A stretch of 64,000 nucleotides of DNA, taken from assembly GCA_045863335.1 (NCBI GenBank), contig BTVY01000014.1, forward strand, positions 32,001-96,000. Reading direction: 5' to 3'. The DNA comes from Candidatus Hydrogenedentota bacterium. Lineage in GTDB: Bacteria > Hydrogenedentota > Hydrogenedentia > Hydrogenedentales > SLHB01. The notes beneath the pieces are model-generated. The model saw only the letters and a list, made by a program, of their open reading frames with translations. It was not told where the DNA came from and did not search any database. The position numbers and the translations under genes are program-made. Shown in pieces: positions 48,683 to 58,116 of this stretch; the stretch's first letter is position 1, and every line of letters begins with the position of its first letter.

Positions 48683-49450
48683 ATGCGTAAGCTATTGATA
48701 GGCAGCGTGATGGCGTTGGTATTCGTGACCGCGCCGGCCCGTTCTGAAGACCAGCCGACCATCGATTCGGTTGCCGAGGAAATCGCGGCAGTCTGGGAAA
48801 AGGTCAACGCCTATACGGCCACCATCGCCGTCAACGGCAATATCCCCATGGGGCCCCTCGCCGTCACCACCACGGCCAACGGGACGGTTGAGTACATGGC
48901 CATCGAGGAGACCCCCCACTTCCGTATGGAGATTGTGAACAAGCTCGGCGGCAACATGCCCCTCATGGGCGGCGGCATGGAGCAAAAGGTGCTCACCGTA
49001 TTCGACGGCGAAGTCGCCTACAGCGAAATGGAAGCCATGGGGCGCAAACAGTACTCGAAGGCGACGCCCAAGAGCGGAGACGAAAAAAGCCCCGAGGGCG
49101 GCAAAAGCTTGATCGAGAGTATCCGCAAACGCGGGGAAGTGACGTTGTTGCCTGACGAAACGGTGAACGGCCTGGATGCCTACGTCTTCGAAGTGAAGCC
49201 CAACAACGCCGGCCAACAGCAGGGTCCCGTCAAAGCCGAACTCATCCGTTTCTACGTGGACAAGGCGACGGGTATCCAGGTCCGGTCGATTCTATTGGAC
49301 GCCGAAGGCAACGCCATGTTGACGACGGACTACACAGACATCAAGGTCAATCCCGAAATCGATCCCAAGCGATTCGAATACACGCCCCCGCCCGGCGTCG
49401 AAGTCATCGACATGGGCGACGGCACGAAACGCCCCAAGCTCTTTCAGTAG
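48683..49450 (+). CDS. LolA-like outer-membrane lipoprotein carrier/sorting fold protein
   Basis: signal peptide; VFDG, E.VNG..AYVFE, YVDK.TG, N..IDP..F.YTPP.GVEVID. Confidence 0.7.
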   Translation: MRKLLIGSVMALVFVTAPARSEDQPTIDSVAEEIAAVWEKVNAYTATIAVNGNIPMGPLAVTTTANGTVEYMAIEETPHFRMEIVNKLGGNMPLMGGGMEQKVLTVFDGEVAYSEMEAMGRKQYSKATPKSGDEKSPEGGKSLIESIRKRGEVTLLPDETVNGLDAYVFEVKPNNAGQQQGPVKAELIRFYVDKATGIQVRSILLDAEGNAMLTTDYTDIKVNPEIDPKRFEYTPPPGVEVIDMGDGTKRPKLFQ

Positions 49451-49507
49451 AGGAACGTCGTTCTCGCTACGCCGACGTTACATTCACAACATCATTCATA
49501 AGAACGA

Positions 49508-49658
49508 GAAGAACATCCCCCTTCAAAGGGGGAATTGTGTACAACGCGAAGCGTTGTGCATGTCTGACAGGGCCTTGAAGCGGACACGAGGCTCAACAAG
49601 TCTACGAAGGCTATTGTCGAACAGAATTCCCCCTTTGAAGGGGGATCAAGGGGGATGT
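49508..49658. mobile_element. MITE/REP-doublet-like element, copy 2
   Basis: left GAAGAACATCCCCCTTCAAAGGGGGAATT (one 10-nt unit missing), right AATTCCCCCTTTGAAGGGGGATCAAGGGGGATGT; internal hairpin at 49541-49557. Confidence 0.72.
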
Positions 49659-49802
49659 GTATTTGGATTCTACCTGCGTCGCCGATTCTTCCCCTCGTTT
49701 CATGCCGTCAAACTTCCCAATTTAGGAGATGGCAGGGCTTGCATCGGCCGCGGTTTCTCCGTAGAGTGCCGTGAACAAACGGCGTAAAGGAAGTTCCCCC
49801 CC

Positions 49803-50330
49803 GTGAAAGAAACCTGGCTCAACTCCGAACTCATCCACGAAGGCCCAATCTTCCGCATCCGCAAGGGGCGCGTCCGCCTCGAAGACGGCACGGAATCCTA
49901 CCGCGAAATCGTCGAACACGGTGGTGGTGTGGGCGTGGTGCCGGTGTTGGAAGACCGCGTCATTCTCGTCCGCCAGTTCCGCGCGGCCGTCAATGCGGAC
50001 GTTCTTGAGATTCCAGCGGGACGGCTGGAGCCGGGCGACGATCCCGAGCGCCGCGCGCACACGGAACTGGAGGAAGAGTGCGGCTATCGTGCCGGGCGTC
50101 TGGAGCATGTGGCGTCGTGTTATTGTTCCCCCGGTTTCACGAATGAACGCGACGAGATCTACCTCGCCTTCGACCTTACAAAGACCGAGCAGCGGCTTGA
50201 GTTCGACGAACGTGTCGAAATTGTGGAGATCCCCATCGCCGAATTGGAGGACCGGCTCAAACGTTTCGAGTTCGAAGACGCCAAAACGATCATCGGCCTG
50301 CGCGAACTGCTGGCCCGCACCCAGTCATGA
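49803..50330 (+). CDS. NUDIX hydrolase (ADP-ribose pyrophosphatase-like)
   Basis: REIVEH.G, LVRQFR, EIPAG....D...A..ELEEECG, SPGF, DAKT. Confidence 0.9.
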   Translation: MKETWLNSELIHEGPIFRIRKGRVRLEDGTESYREIVEHGGGVGVVPVLEDRVILVRQFRAAVNADVLEIPAGRLEPGDDPERRAHTELEEECGYRAGRLEHVASCYCSPGFTNERDEIYLAFDLTKTEQRLEFDERVEIVEIPIAELEDRLKRFEFEDAKTIIGLRELLARTQS

Positions 50331-51283
50331 CCGCCCCGCTTACCCAGGCGCTTGAAGGAACACTGGTCTGCCCGCGTACGCATCACCCGCTCGTCGACCG
50401 CGACGGTGCCCTTTTCTGTCCGGAAACCGGGGACACCTATTCTCCGAATGAAGAAGGCTATTTCGATTTCACGCTGGACCCTGCGTTCTATGAGATGGAA
50501 TCCACCAGCGAGGATTACGCGGAAGAGCAGCAGGCGTCGTGGCGGCGGTTTTACGACGAGTTTCTCAAACCCTGGGCCGACAGAGACGATGCAAAGCGAA
50601 TCCTCGAAGTGGGCTGCGGCGTCGGCATGGGCATTCGCTATTTCGCGGAGGAAGGCTACGAATCTTACGGGCTCGACATCCCCTGTCTATCCAAATTCTG
50701 GAAGCGCATCGGCAATGACCCGCGCCATTTCATCCTCGGCGACGGCGCAGCCATGCCCTTCCCGGATGACTACTTCGATGCGGTCTACACCCTGGGCACC
50801 ATCGAGCATATCGGCACGAAGGTGGGCCACTACACGTTGGCCGACAACTACCAGGAAACGCGGATCGCCTTCGCGAGGGAGATGCTTCGCGTTACCAAAC
50901 CGGGCGGCCGCTTGCTCGTCACCTGTCCGAACAAGTCTTTCCCCATCGACATTCACCACGAACCCACGGACGACGCGACGCCGGAGGGGTCGATGCGGTT
51001 CCGCCGCTACGTCTTCGATCGTTTCGGCATGACGCTTCACAAACCCTTCGGCAAGTACCACCTCTTCTCCTTCGGCGAACTGAGGCGGCTTTTCTGCGTG
51101 GACAACAATGCTTCGGCCGCCGAAGCGCTCCCGCTCAAGCACTACTTCGCCTTCAAACGCACCGGTTCCCTCGGCCTCCTGCGCCTCTTCAAAGGCGCCA
51201 TCGTTTCGTACGTCGAGAACATGCCCGCCGTGCTGCGCCGCTCCTGTTTCAACCCCTTCCTGGTAGTCGAAATTCGCAAATAG
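50327..51283 (+). CDS. class I SAM-dependent methyltransferase with Trm112-like N-terminal module
   Basis: LVCP.T..PL......L.CP..G..Y; ILEVGCG.G, MPFPDD.FD.V, RVTKPGG. Confidence 0.85.
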   Translation: MTAPLTQALEGTLVCPRTHHPLVDRDGALFCPETGDTYSPNEEGYFDFTLDPAFYEMESTSEDYAEEQQASWRRFYDEFLKPWADRDDAKRILEVGCGVGMGIRYFAEEGYESYGLDIPCLSKFWKRIGNDPRHFILGDGAAMPFPDDYFDAVYTLGTIEHIGTKVGHYTLADNYQETRIAFAREMLRVTKPGGRLLVTCPNKSFPIDIHHEPTDDATPEGSMRFRRYVFDRFGMTLHKPFGKYHLFSFGELRRLFCVDNNASAAEALPLKHYFAFKRTGSLGLLRLFKGAIVSYVENMPAVLRRSCFNPFLVVEIRK

Positions 51284-51443
51284 TAGGTCGGGAATGATTC
51301 CCGTCCAGCCCCAGAGCCAAGAATAGCCACGCTACGTGGTCGTTTCTATTCTCGAAGCCTCCAAATCCACCATCCCCATGGATACGGTCCGCCATCATCC
51401 GCTACCATACCCACCGGCGCAACGAGACGTGGAATGCAAACGA

Positions 51444-52346
51444 ATGGCGACATCCGGCACGAATCCAGCGGTAACCGAACACCCCGCCCTGCAGGGTGCG
51501 CGCTGGGTGTTTCTCGGTGTCATCATCAATGCCGCGCTCTCGGCCATCAAAGGCATCGCCGGAGTGCTGGGCAATTCCTACGCCCTCATTGCGGACGCCA
51601 TCGAATCGGGCCTCGACGTGTTCCAGTCCCTCGTGGTCTGGGGCGGACTCAAGATTGCCGCCGTACCCGCGGACAAAGATCATCCTTATGGTCACGGCAA
51701 GGCCGAACCGCTCGCGGCGATTCTTGTTTCCCTGGGATTGCTCGCCGGCGCGACGGTCATCGCCGTCGAAAGCATCCGCGAAATCCGGTCGCCTCATCAT
51801 GCCCCGGCGCCGTTCACGCTCGTGGTGCTAATCCTCGTGGTCGCGACCAAGGAAACCATGTTCCGCGTTATCGGTCGCGTGGGCCGCGCCATCAAAAGCA
51901 CGGCTGTGCGCTCGGATGCATGGCATCATCGAAGCGACGCGGTGACGTCCCTGGCCGCCTTCATTGGAATCACCGTCGCGCTTATCGGCGGCGAAGGGTA
52001 CGAAGCCGCCGACGACTGGGCGGCCCTCTTTGCGTGCACCATTATCGCGTACAACGGATTCCGCCTGCTTCGACCTGCCGTGGGCGAGATTATGGATATG
52101 GCGCCCGATCCCGCCACCGAGGCGGACGTCCGCGTTATCGCCTTACAGGTCGACGGCGTCAAATCCCTCGACACCTGCACGGTTCGTAAAATGGGCTTCG
52201 ATTACTTTGTCGATCTTCATGTGGAGGTGGACGGCGACATGACGGTTCGCGACGGACACACCGTGGCGCACCGGGTAAAGGATGCCATCATGAACGCGAA
52301 CTCGAACGTGCGCGATGTCCTCATCCACATCGAGCCGAAGGACTGA
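51444..52346 (+). CDS. cation diffusion facilitator family transporter (FieF-like)
   Basis: ALIADA, D.DHPYGHGKAE, DAWHHRSD, DLHVEVD, IHIEP. Confidence 0.93.
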   Translation: MATSGTNPAVTEHPALQGARWVFLGVIINAALSAIKGIAGVLGNSYALIADAIESGLDVFQSLVVWGGLKIAAVPADKDHPYGHGKAEPLAAILVSLGLLAGATVIAVESIREIRSPHHAPAPFTLVVLILVVATKETMFRVIGRVGRAIKSTAVRSDAWHHRSDAVTSLAAFIGITVALIGGEGYEAADDWAALFACTIIAYNGFRLLRPAVGEIMDMAPDPATEADVRVIALQVDGVKSLDTCTVRKMGFDYFVDLHVEVDGDMTVRDGHTVAHRVKDAIMNANSNVRDVLIHIEPKD

Positions 52347-52397
52347 TGAGTAGGGTAACGGAGAAGATCGTATACTGGTGGAAATCCGGAGTCCAAA

Positions 52398-52557
52398 GAA
52401 CATCCCCCTTAATCCCCCTTCAAAGGGGGAATATCTGCAACGCTTCGCGTTGCACCGAAACAAAAGGATACGCTGCAAAAGGGGCAGGTCACTACAGGGT
52501 CTCAGAAGACGTGACTTAGGCGATTCCCCCTTTGAAGGGGGATTAAGGGGGATGTTC
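52398..52557. mobile_element. MITE/REP-doublet-like element, copy 3
   Basis: perfect 35-bp terminal inverted repeat GAACATCCCCCTTAATCCCCCTTCAAAGGGGGAAT; internal hairpin at 52436-52454. Confidence 0.8.
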
Positions 52558-52613
52558 ATCGCCTGAGCAGAGTCGTGTGGATGTCTAATTGGTGGTGAAG
52601 GGATAAAAGAGGC

Positions 52614-53546
52614 GTGTCCCATGAAGTGACAAACATCCCGATCGTTCACACCGAATCGTTGACCGTGCGCTACGGCCGGCGCGTCGCGCTGGATGACGTG
52701 TCTCTCGATCTGGCGCCGGGCGTCATCGGTTTGCTCGGACCTAACGGGGCGGGGAAGAGCACCTTGCTCAAGACGCTACTCGGGTTCTGCCGGCCCGCGC
52801 GGGGCAGTGCGCGGCTCCTCGGTGAACCGGCGGGTAACCGCAACCTGCGACGCCGCATCGGTTACATGCCGGAACGCGACGTGACTTCGCCGAAGCTGAG
52901 CGCGGTTTCCTTTGTGGCCTACTGCGGTTGTCTCGCGGGCATGCGTTACCGCGATGCCCTTCAACGAACCCACGAAGTCCTCAACTACGTCGGGTTCGGC
53001 GAAGAACGCTACCGCACCATGGAGACCTACTCGACGGGCATGCGCCAGCGCGCCAAGCTTGCCCAGGCGCTCGTGCACGATCCGAAGTTGCTCTTTCTCG
53101 ATGAGCCCACCAATGGCCTCGATCCCGTCGGACGCGTCGCCATGCTCGATCTCATCCTCGACATCGCGCGCCAGCGGGACGTCGCCATCCTGCTTTCGTC
53201 CCATCTCCTGCCGGACGTGGAGCACGTGTGCGAACGCGTCGTCCTGCTTCATCAAGGCAAGGTCATGCAGCAGGGCGTGATTCGAGAACTCATCGGCGGC
53301 ACGACTACACGATTCCGCGTTCGAGTCAAGGAAAACGCCGACCGGTTCGCCGCGGCGCTCGCAGACCGGGGCATCGCCGTTGAATCCTGTGAAGACGGCG
53401 CCATCCTCGTTTCCATGGAAAGCGGAGCCGACCGGCGCGATGTGTTCAAACTCGCGAAGTCCGCAAACGTCCAATTGCGCGAATTCGCGCCGGTGCGCAA
53501 CCGGCTCGAAGATGTTTTTGTAAACGCGATGGCAGGAAGCGCCTGA
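52614..53546 (+). CDS. ABC-2 type transporter ATP-binding protein
   Basis: GPNGAGKS, YSTGMRQR, FLDEPT, SSH. Confidence 0.93.
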   Translation: MSHEVTNIPIVHTESLTVRYGRRVALDDVSLDLAPGVIGLLGPNGAGKSTLLKTLLGFCRPARGSARLLGEPAGNRNLRRRIGYMPERDVTSPKLSAVSFVAYCGCLAGMRYRDALQRTHEVLNYVGFGEERYRTMETYSTGMRQRAKLAQALVHDPKLLFLDEPTNGLDPVGRVAMLDLILDIARQRDVAILLSSHLLPDVEHVCERVVLLHQGKVMQQGVIRELIGGTTTRFRVRVKENADRFAAALADRGIAVESCEDGAILVSMESGADRRDVFKLAKSANVQLREFAPVRNRLEDVFVNAMAGSA

Positions 53547-53548
53547 CC

Positions 53549-54427
53549 GTGCCCATCTACACCCAAACATACCAGACCTGGGACGCGCGCTTCGGCGGCG
53601 GGTTCCGCTGGCTCACCGTGGCGGCACAGGAACTGCGGGTTGCGCGAACGTCGAAGATGTACCGGCGGCTGCTGTTTCTCTCCGCCGTGCCGTTCCTCAT
53701 GTGGTTGTCGCTCCTCATCGTCACCGATCTCATGACCACCAATCCGAGCGCTCTCTTGCGCTCTGCCATTCAACAGGTGCAGTTCGCCAACGTGGACGCG
53801 CGCTTCTTCCGCACCTACATCTCCATGGCCACGCCCTTCGCCTTCATCTTCTGCCTGCTCGTCGGCGCCGGCTCGATCTGCAACGACTATCGCAACAACC
53901 TGCTGGAGGTCTACTTCGCAAAGCCCCTCGGCAAATTTGATTACTTCTTTGGTAAGCTCGCGGCCATCTGCTATTACCCGCTGCTGCTGACCGCCGGGCT
54001 CTCGCTCGTACTGTTTCTCCTGCACCTCCTGTTTTCGCCGCTCTCGGCAGGAGACTTCCTTCGCGAGTTGTATTGGGTCCCCTTTTCGTGCGTCGCACTT
54101 TCGGTAGCCATCGTTATGCCTGCGGCGTTGCTGGTCATGGCCTGCTCCGCCATCAGCAAAACGACCGGGCTTGCGTCCGTGATTGCCTGCGCGCTTTTGT
54201 TCATGAACGGCGCCTTCGCCAACGCCCTCGCGGAGATTCTCCGCAACCACAATCTCCGTTGCCTGAGCCTCATCCGCTCCATGGTCTATCTGGGCGACGT
54301 GCTCTTCGACAGCCGTACGCGCATCACCTTGCACTGGGGATGGGTGGCGGCGGGAATGACCACGTTCTGTCTCCTGTGTGCGATCATCGTGCTGGGCCGT
54401 ATCCGCCGGGTGGAGATTGGATCGTGA
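53549..54427 (+). CDS. ABC-2 type transporter permease
   Basis: about 6 TM helices; I..D.....L..YF.KPL...DY..GK motif. Confidence 0.85.
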   Translation: MPIYTQTYQTWDARFGGGFRWLTVAAQELRVARTSKMYRRLLFLSAVPFLMWLSLLIVTDLMTTNPSALLRSAIQQVQFANVDARFFRTYISMATPFAFIFCLLVGAGSICNDYRNNLLEVYFAKPLGKFDYFFGKLAAICYYPLLLTAGLSLVLFLLHLLFSPLSAGDFLRELYWVPFSCVALSVAIVMPAALLVMACSAISKTTGLASVIACALLFMNGAFANALAEILRNHNLRCLSLIRSMVYLGDVLFDSRTRITLHWGWVAAGMTTFCLLCAIIVLGRIRRVEIGS

Positions 54428-55347
54428 GCGCGGCCATCGCTTTCAACGACGTGTCCCGCTGGTACGGCGAAGTCGTCGCATTGAACAAGGTCAACCTGGA
54501 AATCGGCTCGGGGATCACCGGCTTGCTCGGGCCCAATGGCGCGGGCAAGTCGACCTTCATGGGACTTTGCACGTCGCAGATCCGGCCCAGCCAGGGTTCA
54601 CTCCGCATACTCGGCGAGCCGGTCTGGTGCAATTACCCGCTGCTGCGCCGCGTGGGGCTGTGTCCGGACCGTGAAAATTACTATGAAGACATGACCGGCT
54701 ACGAGTTCGTGTACTGGCTGACGCGTTGCGTGGGGTACCGCGCGAAAGCGGCCAAGGCGGCAGCACTAGAAAGCATCGAACGCGTGGGCATGACGGACCG
54801 CATGCACGACCGCATTTCCACCTACAGCCGGGGCATGCGGCAGCGCGTGAAGCTGGCCCAGAGCTTCGCGCACAACCCCGACGTGCTGTTTCTCGACGAG
54901 CCCATGACCGGCCTCGATCCCTTGGGACGTCACGCCATTTTCGAACTCATCCGCGCCCTGGGCCGCGAAGGCAAGACGGTTATCGTCTCAAGCCACATCC
55001 TCTACGAGATAGAACGCGTCACCGCGAACATCGTCTTGCTTCATCGCGGACGAGTTCTCGCGCAGGGCGACGTACACCAGGTCCGCGAACTCATCGATTC
55101 CCATCCCCATTCGGTCTCCATGACGTGTAAGAGGCCTCGGCAGGTTGCGGCCAAGTTCGTCGACGAACCCCACATCGTATCCGTCCAGTTTGATGAAAGC
55201 GGAACCGGTGTCACGATCAAGACCCGCGACCCCAACGCCTTCTACGACCGCCTGACCGCGCTGCTTGCCGAAGGCGCTGTCGATGTCGAGAGCGTCCATT
55301 CTCCCGACGACAACTTGCAGGCGGTTTTTGAGTACCTGGTGAAGTAA
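54424..55347 (+). CDS. ABC-2 type transporter ATP-binding protein
   Basis: GTGA overlap start; GPNGAGKS, YSRGMRQR, FLDEP, SSH. Confidence 0.93.
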   Translation: MSAAIAFNDVSRWYGEVVALNKVNLEIGSGITGLLGPNGAGKSTFMGLCTSQIRPSQGSLRILGEPVWCNYPLLRRVGLCPDRENYYEDMTGYEFVYWLTRCVGYRAKAAKAAALESIERVGMTDRMHDRISTYSRGMRQRVKLAQSFAHNPDVLFLDEPMTGLDPLGRHAIFELIRALGREGKTVIVSSHILYEIERVTANIVLLHRGRVLAQGDVHQVRELIDSHPHSVSMTCKRPRQVAAKFVDEPHIVSVQFDESGTGVTIKTRDPNAFYDRLTALLAEGAVDVESVHSPDDNLQAVFEYLVK

Positions 55348-55416
55348 CAGACGTTCGCCTTCATGCTATACTTTCCATACCAGTGTACGCACAGCGTTTA
55401 GGATGGAGCGGCAGGC

Positions 55417-55650
55417 ATGAAATCCTATACCTTTCCTATTGAGATTGAACCGGACGAGGACCGATGGTTTGCGCGCGTTCCGGAACTCGAAGCGCAAGGC
55501 GCGGCCGCTTGGGGGTTCACCAAGGAAGAAGCCATTAGAAATATCCAGGAAGTGGCCCAAATGGTCATCGAGTCGTTACTTGAAGACGGCGTTCCCCTCC
55601 CTCCTAGCGTACAGGAATCGAATCAACCAACCGTATCCGTCATCGTATGA
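55417..55650 (+). CDS. hicB: HicB family antitoxin (short, no DNA-binding domain)
   Basis: Y.F.I.IEPDE..W.A.VP.L..A.AWG.T.EEA..NI.E...LP. Confidence 0.88.
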   Translation: MKSYTFPIEIEPDEDRWFARVPELEAQGAAAWGFTKEEAIRNIQEVAQMVIESLLEDGVPLPPSVQESNQPTVSVIV

Positions 55651-55895
55651 CGCTGGACTTTTCCCGCCTCCGCTCGATCACCGCGCGTATGATCGTGTCG
55701 GCGTTGCAAAGTGACGGATTCGTGCTCGATCGGCAGCGGGGTTCCCATCGTCGCTACGTCCATCCCGACGGCCGCGCGGTAACCGTGTCCTTCCATCGTC
55801 CGTCCGACACATACACCTTCAAGACCTTGCGCAGTATGATTGAGATCCAAGCTCGGTGGTCAGAGAAAGATCTCGTGCGCTTGAAGTTGATTTGA
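55647..55895 (+). CDS. hicA: HicA family toxin
   Basis: L..DGF...RQRGSHRRY.HPDGR.VTV..H; ATGA overlap with hicB. Confidence 0.9.
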   Translation: MTLDFSRLRSITARMIVSALQSDGFVLDRQRGSHRRYVHPDGRAVTVSFHRPSDTYTFKTLRSMIEIQARWSEKDLVRLKLI

Positions 55896-55973
55896 TGCGC
55901 ATCGCGTTTAGGAACCATTGCGACCAACCTTATGCTTGGTCGGCGATCGTCAAAGGTTAGTCGGGGCGGTTTT

Positions 55974-56852
55974 GTGGCTGGTAATCAATCTGAAAGTCCG
56001 TATGAAGTGAGCGTGACACTCCTCACGCGTGATGCGGGTGCCTTACTGCGCCGCGTCCTGGACGCTGTGCGAACGCAGGAAACCAGCCGCAGCGTCGAGA
56101 TTGTCGCCATCGACTCCGGCTCGACAGACGGAACGCTGGATATGCTGCGCGAGTATGAGGCGCGCGTAGAGACGATACCGGCCGAATCGTTCAACTTCGG
56201 GCGCACGCGCGATCGGGTGTTTGAGCTGAGTCGCGGCGACATCGTGATTTGCCTGTCGCAGGACGCCGTGCCCGCGCATCCGCAGTGGCTTGAAAACCTC
56301 ATCGCGCCGTTGGACGACCCCGAGGTCGCGGCCTCTTGTGGGCGCTCCATCCCCGATCCCGAACGCGATTTCCCACAGTTCCCCTGGGAGCGCAACGGTT
56401 GGTTTTACTTCACCGCCGAGATGCGGAAGTTTCGGGAACGCTACGGTCGCGGACTCTCCAACGCCAACTCCGCCATTCGCCGGTCCGTGTGGGAGCGCCT
56501 GCGTTTCGGCGAGCAATCCATCGGCGAAGACTTCCGCTTCCAGACCAAGCTCCACGCCGAGGGCCTACGCATCGCCTTCCCCGAGGACGCCCCCGTGTTG
56601 CATCATCACGCATACACCCTCGGCACGCTGTACAAGCGATGCCGCAACGAGGGCATGGGCCTCGCCGCGTTGGGCTGCGGGTATGGACTTGGCGATTACG
56701 TGAGCGATACGTTGAGCTTAAGCAAATACAAGGTGTGGTTGCGGGAATCAGTGAAGGGAAATCTGTGGTCTCCGGCCGCGCTGCTATTCCCCGTCATTCG
56801 CCCCGCCGCGGTTTACGCGGGCAGTCGGTTTGGCCGGGAGTTTCTCCGGTGA
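55974..56852 (+). CDS. family 2 glycosyltransferase (rhamnosyltransferase-like)
   Basis: IDSGSTDGT, FNFG.TR, LSQDAVP, GED, VLHHH. Confidence 0.88.
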   Translation: MAGNQSESPYEVSVTLLTRDAGALLRRVLDAVRTQETSRSVEIVAIDSGSTDGTLDMLREYEARVETIPAESFNFGRTRDRVFELSRGDIVICLSQDAVPAHPQWLENLIAPLDDPEVAASCGRSIPDPERDFPQFPWERNGWFYFTAEMRKFRERYGRGLSNANSAIRRSVWERLRFGEQSIGEDFRFQTKLHAEGLRIAFPEDAPVLHHHAYTLGTLYKRCRNEGMGLAALGCGYGLGDYVSDTLSLSKYKVWLRESVKGNLWSPAALLFPVIRPAAVYAGSRFGREFLR

Positions 56853-57595
56853 AGCGCGCCATCCAGGAATTCTACGAGAACAATCCCCTCATGGTGAGTT
56901 CCCCCTTTGGCGGCGTGGACGGCATCAATGAGGCGCTGCTCGAATCGGTGTTCCACGACCTCGCCATCGACGTCGCTGGCAAACACATCCTCGATGTCGG
57001 TTGCGGCCGCGGCTTCACCGGCGAGTACATCCGCGCCCGCGGAGGCGAGTATACCGGCGTCGATCTCGTGAACTCCGGTAGTGATCTCCCGCTGGTCCTG
57101 GGCGATGCCACCCATCTTCCGTTTCCCGGCGCATCCTTCGATGGTGTATTGTGCATCGACGCGTTTGAACATATTCCGGACGGCGCGGCGGCGGCCCGGG
57201 AGTTTCGGCGCGTGTTGCGCGGGGACGGGTTCATGTTCTTGTCCGCGCCGAACTACGGGAACGTGGCGGGTCTTGTGAAATGGACCTGCGAAACCCTTGG
57301 CGGCTACGAGAAGAATACCTGGGCGCCCTTCCGCCGTTGGCAACCGCAAGAATTGGAACAGCCCCTGACCGGATCCCGCGTCCGGCGGCTCTACGGCAAC
57401 GCGGGGTTCACGCGAATCCGTCGCATCGGGCATGGGCCGGAAGTCGGCCTCGGCTTGTTTCCTTGGATAGACCACCCGCGCATGCCGGAGGTGATCCAGT
57501 TCCGGTTGCAGCGGCTGGCCGCGTGGGCGGGACCCGGCATCGCGAAGGCAATGCCCTGGACGAGTCTCCACGGATTCTGGAAAATGGAACCATAA
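56849..57595 (+). CDS. class I SAM-dependent methyltransferase
   Basis: ILDVGCGRG, GDA..LPF...SFD, FEH, RVLR..G; GTGA overlap start. Confidence 0.88.
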   Translation: MKRAIQEFYENNPLMVSSPFGGVDGINEALLESVFHDLAIDVAGKHILDVGCGRGFTGEYIRARGGEYTGVDLVNSGSDLPLVLGDATHLPFPGASFDGVLCIDAFEHIPDGAAAAREFRRVLRGDGFMFLSAPNYGNVAGLVKWTCETLGGYEKNTWAPFRRWQPQELEQPLTGSRVRRLYGNAGFTRIRRIGHGPEVGLGLFPWIDHPRMPEVIQFRLQRLAAWAGPGIAKAMPWTSLHGFWKMEP

Positions 57596-58116
57596 TGGGC
57601 AGGATACGGCGTATCATACAGAAGATCAAGCTGCGGTACGGGTCCGACGAGACCATTCGCCGCACCTTGCGCGAGATGGGCATCCGCGTCGGCGATCGCA
57701 GCCGCGTCTACACGACGAAGTTCGGGTCGGAACCCTGGCTCATTCGCATCGGCGACCACGTTGGCATCTCTCACGACGTCGTCTTCGTCACGCATAACTC
57801 GAACTGGACCTTTCAGGACAAGTACGAGACCCTGACCAGCTTCGGCAAGATCGAGGTCAAGGACAACGTCCATATCGGCGTCAACGCGATCATCCTGCCC
57901 AACGTCACCATTGGACCCAACGCCGTCGTCGGCGCGGGCAGTGTCGTCACGCGCGACGTAGAACCCAACACGGTCGTAGCCGGAAACCCCGCGCGCGTGA
58001 TCTGCACGCTGGATGAACTGGAAAAGAAGGCCGTGGCCGCGCACATCGACATTCCCAAGGATCGCGAAGCGGCGCGCAAGGTGCTGATCAAACACTTCTG
58101 GGGGGAAGACGCGTGA
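57595..58116 (+). CDS. hexapeptide-repeat acyltransferase
   Basis: EPWLIRIGDHV, IGVNAIILPNVTIG.NAVVGAGSVVTRDV...VVAGNPA; TAATG overlap. Confidence 0.9.
   Translation: MGRIRRIIQKIKLRYGSDETIRRTLREMGIRVGDRSRVYTTKFGSEPWLIRIGDHVGISHDVVFVTHNSNWTFQDKYETLTSFGKIEVKDNVHIGVNAIILPNVTIGPNAVVGAGSVVTRDVEPNTVVAGNPARVICTLDELEKKAVAAHIDIPKDREAARKVLIKHFWGEDA

Noticed and set aside
35219-52557. Repeats with variable interiors considered as a CRISPR array
   Set aside because: Copies are kilobases apart, arms are inverted rather than direct, and no cas genes are present.
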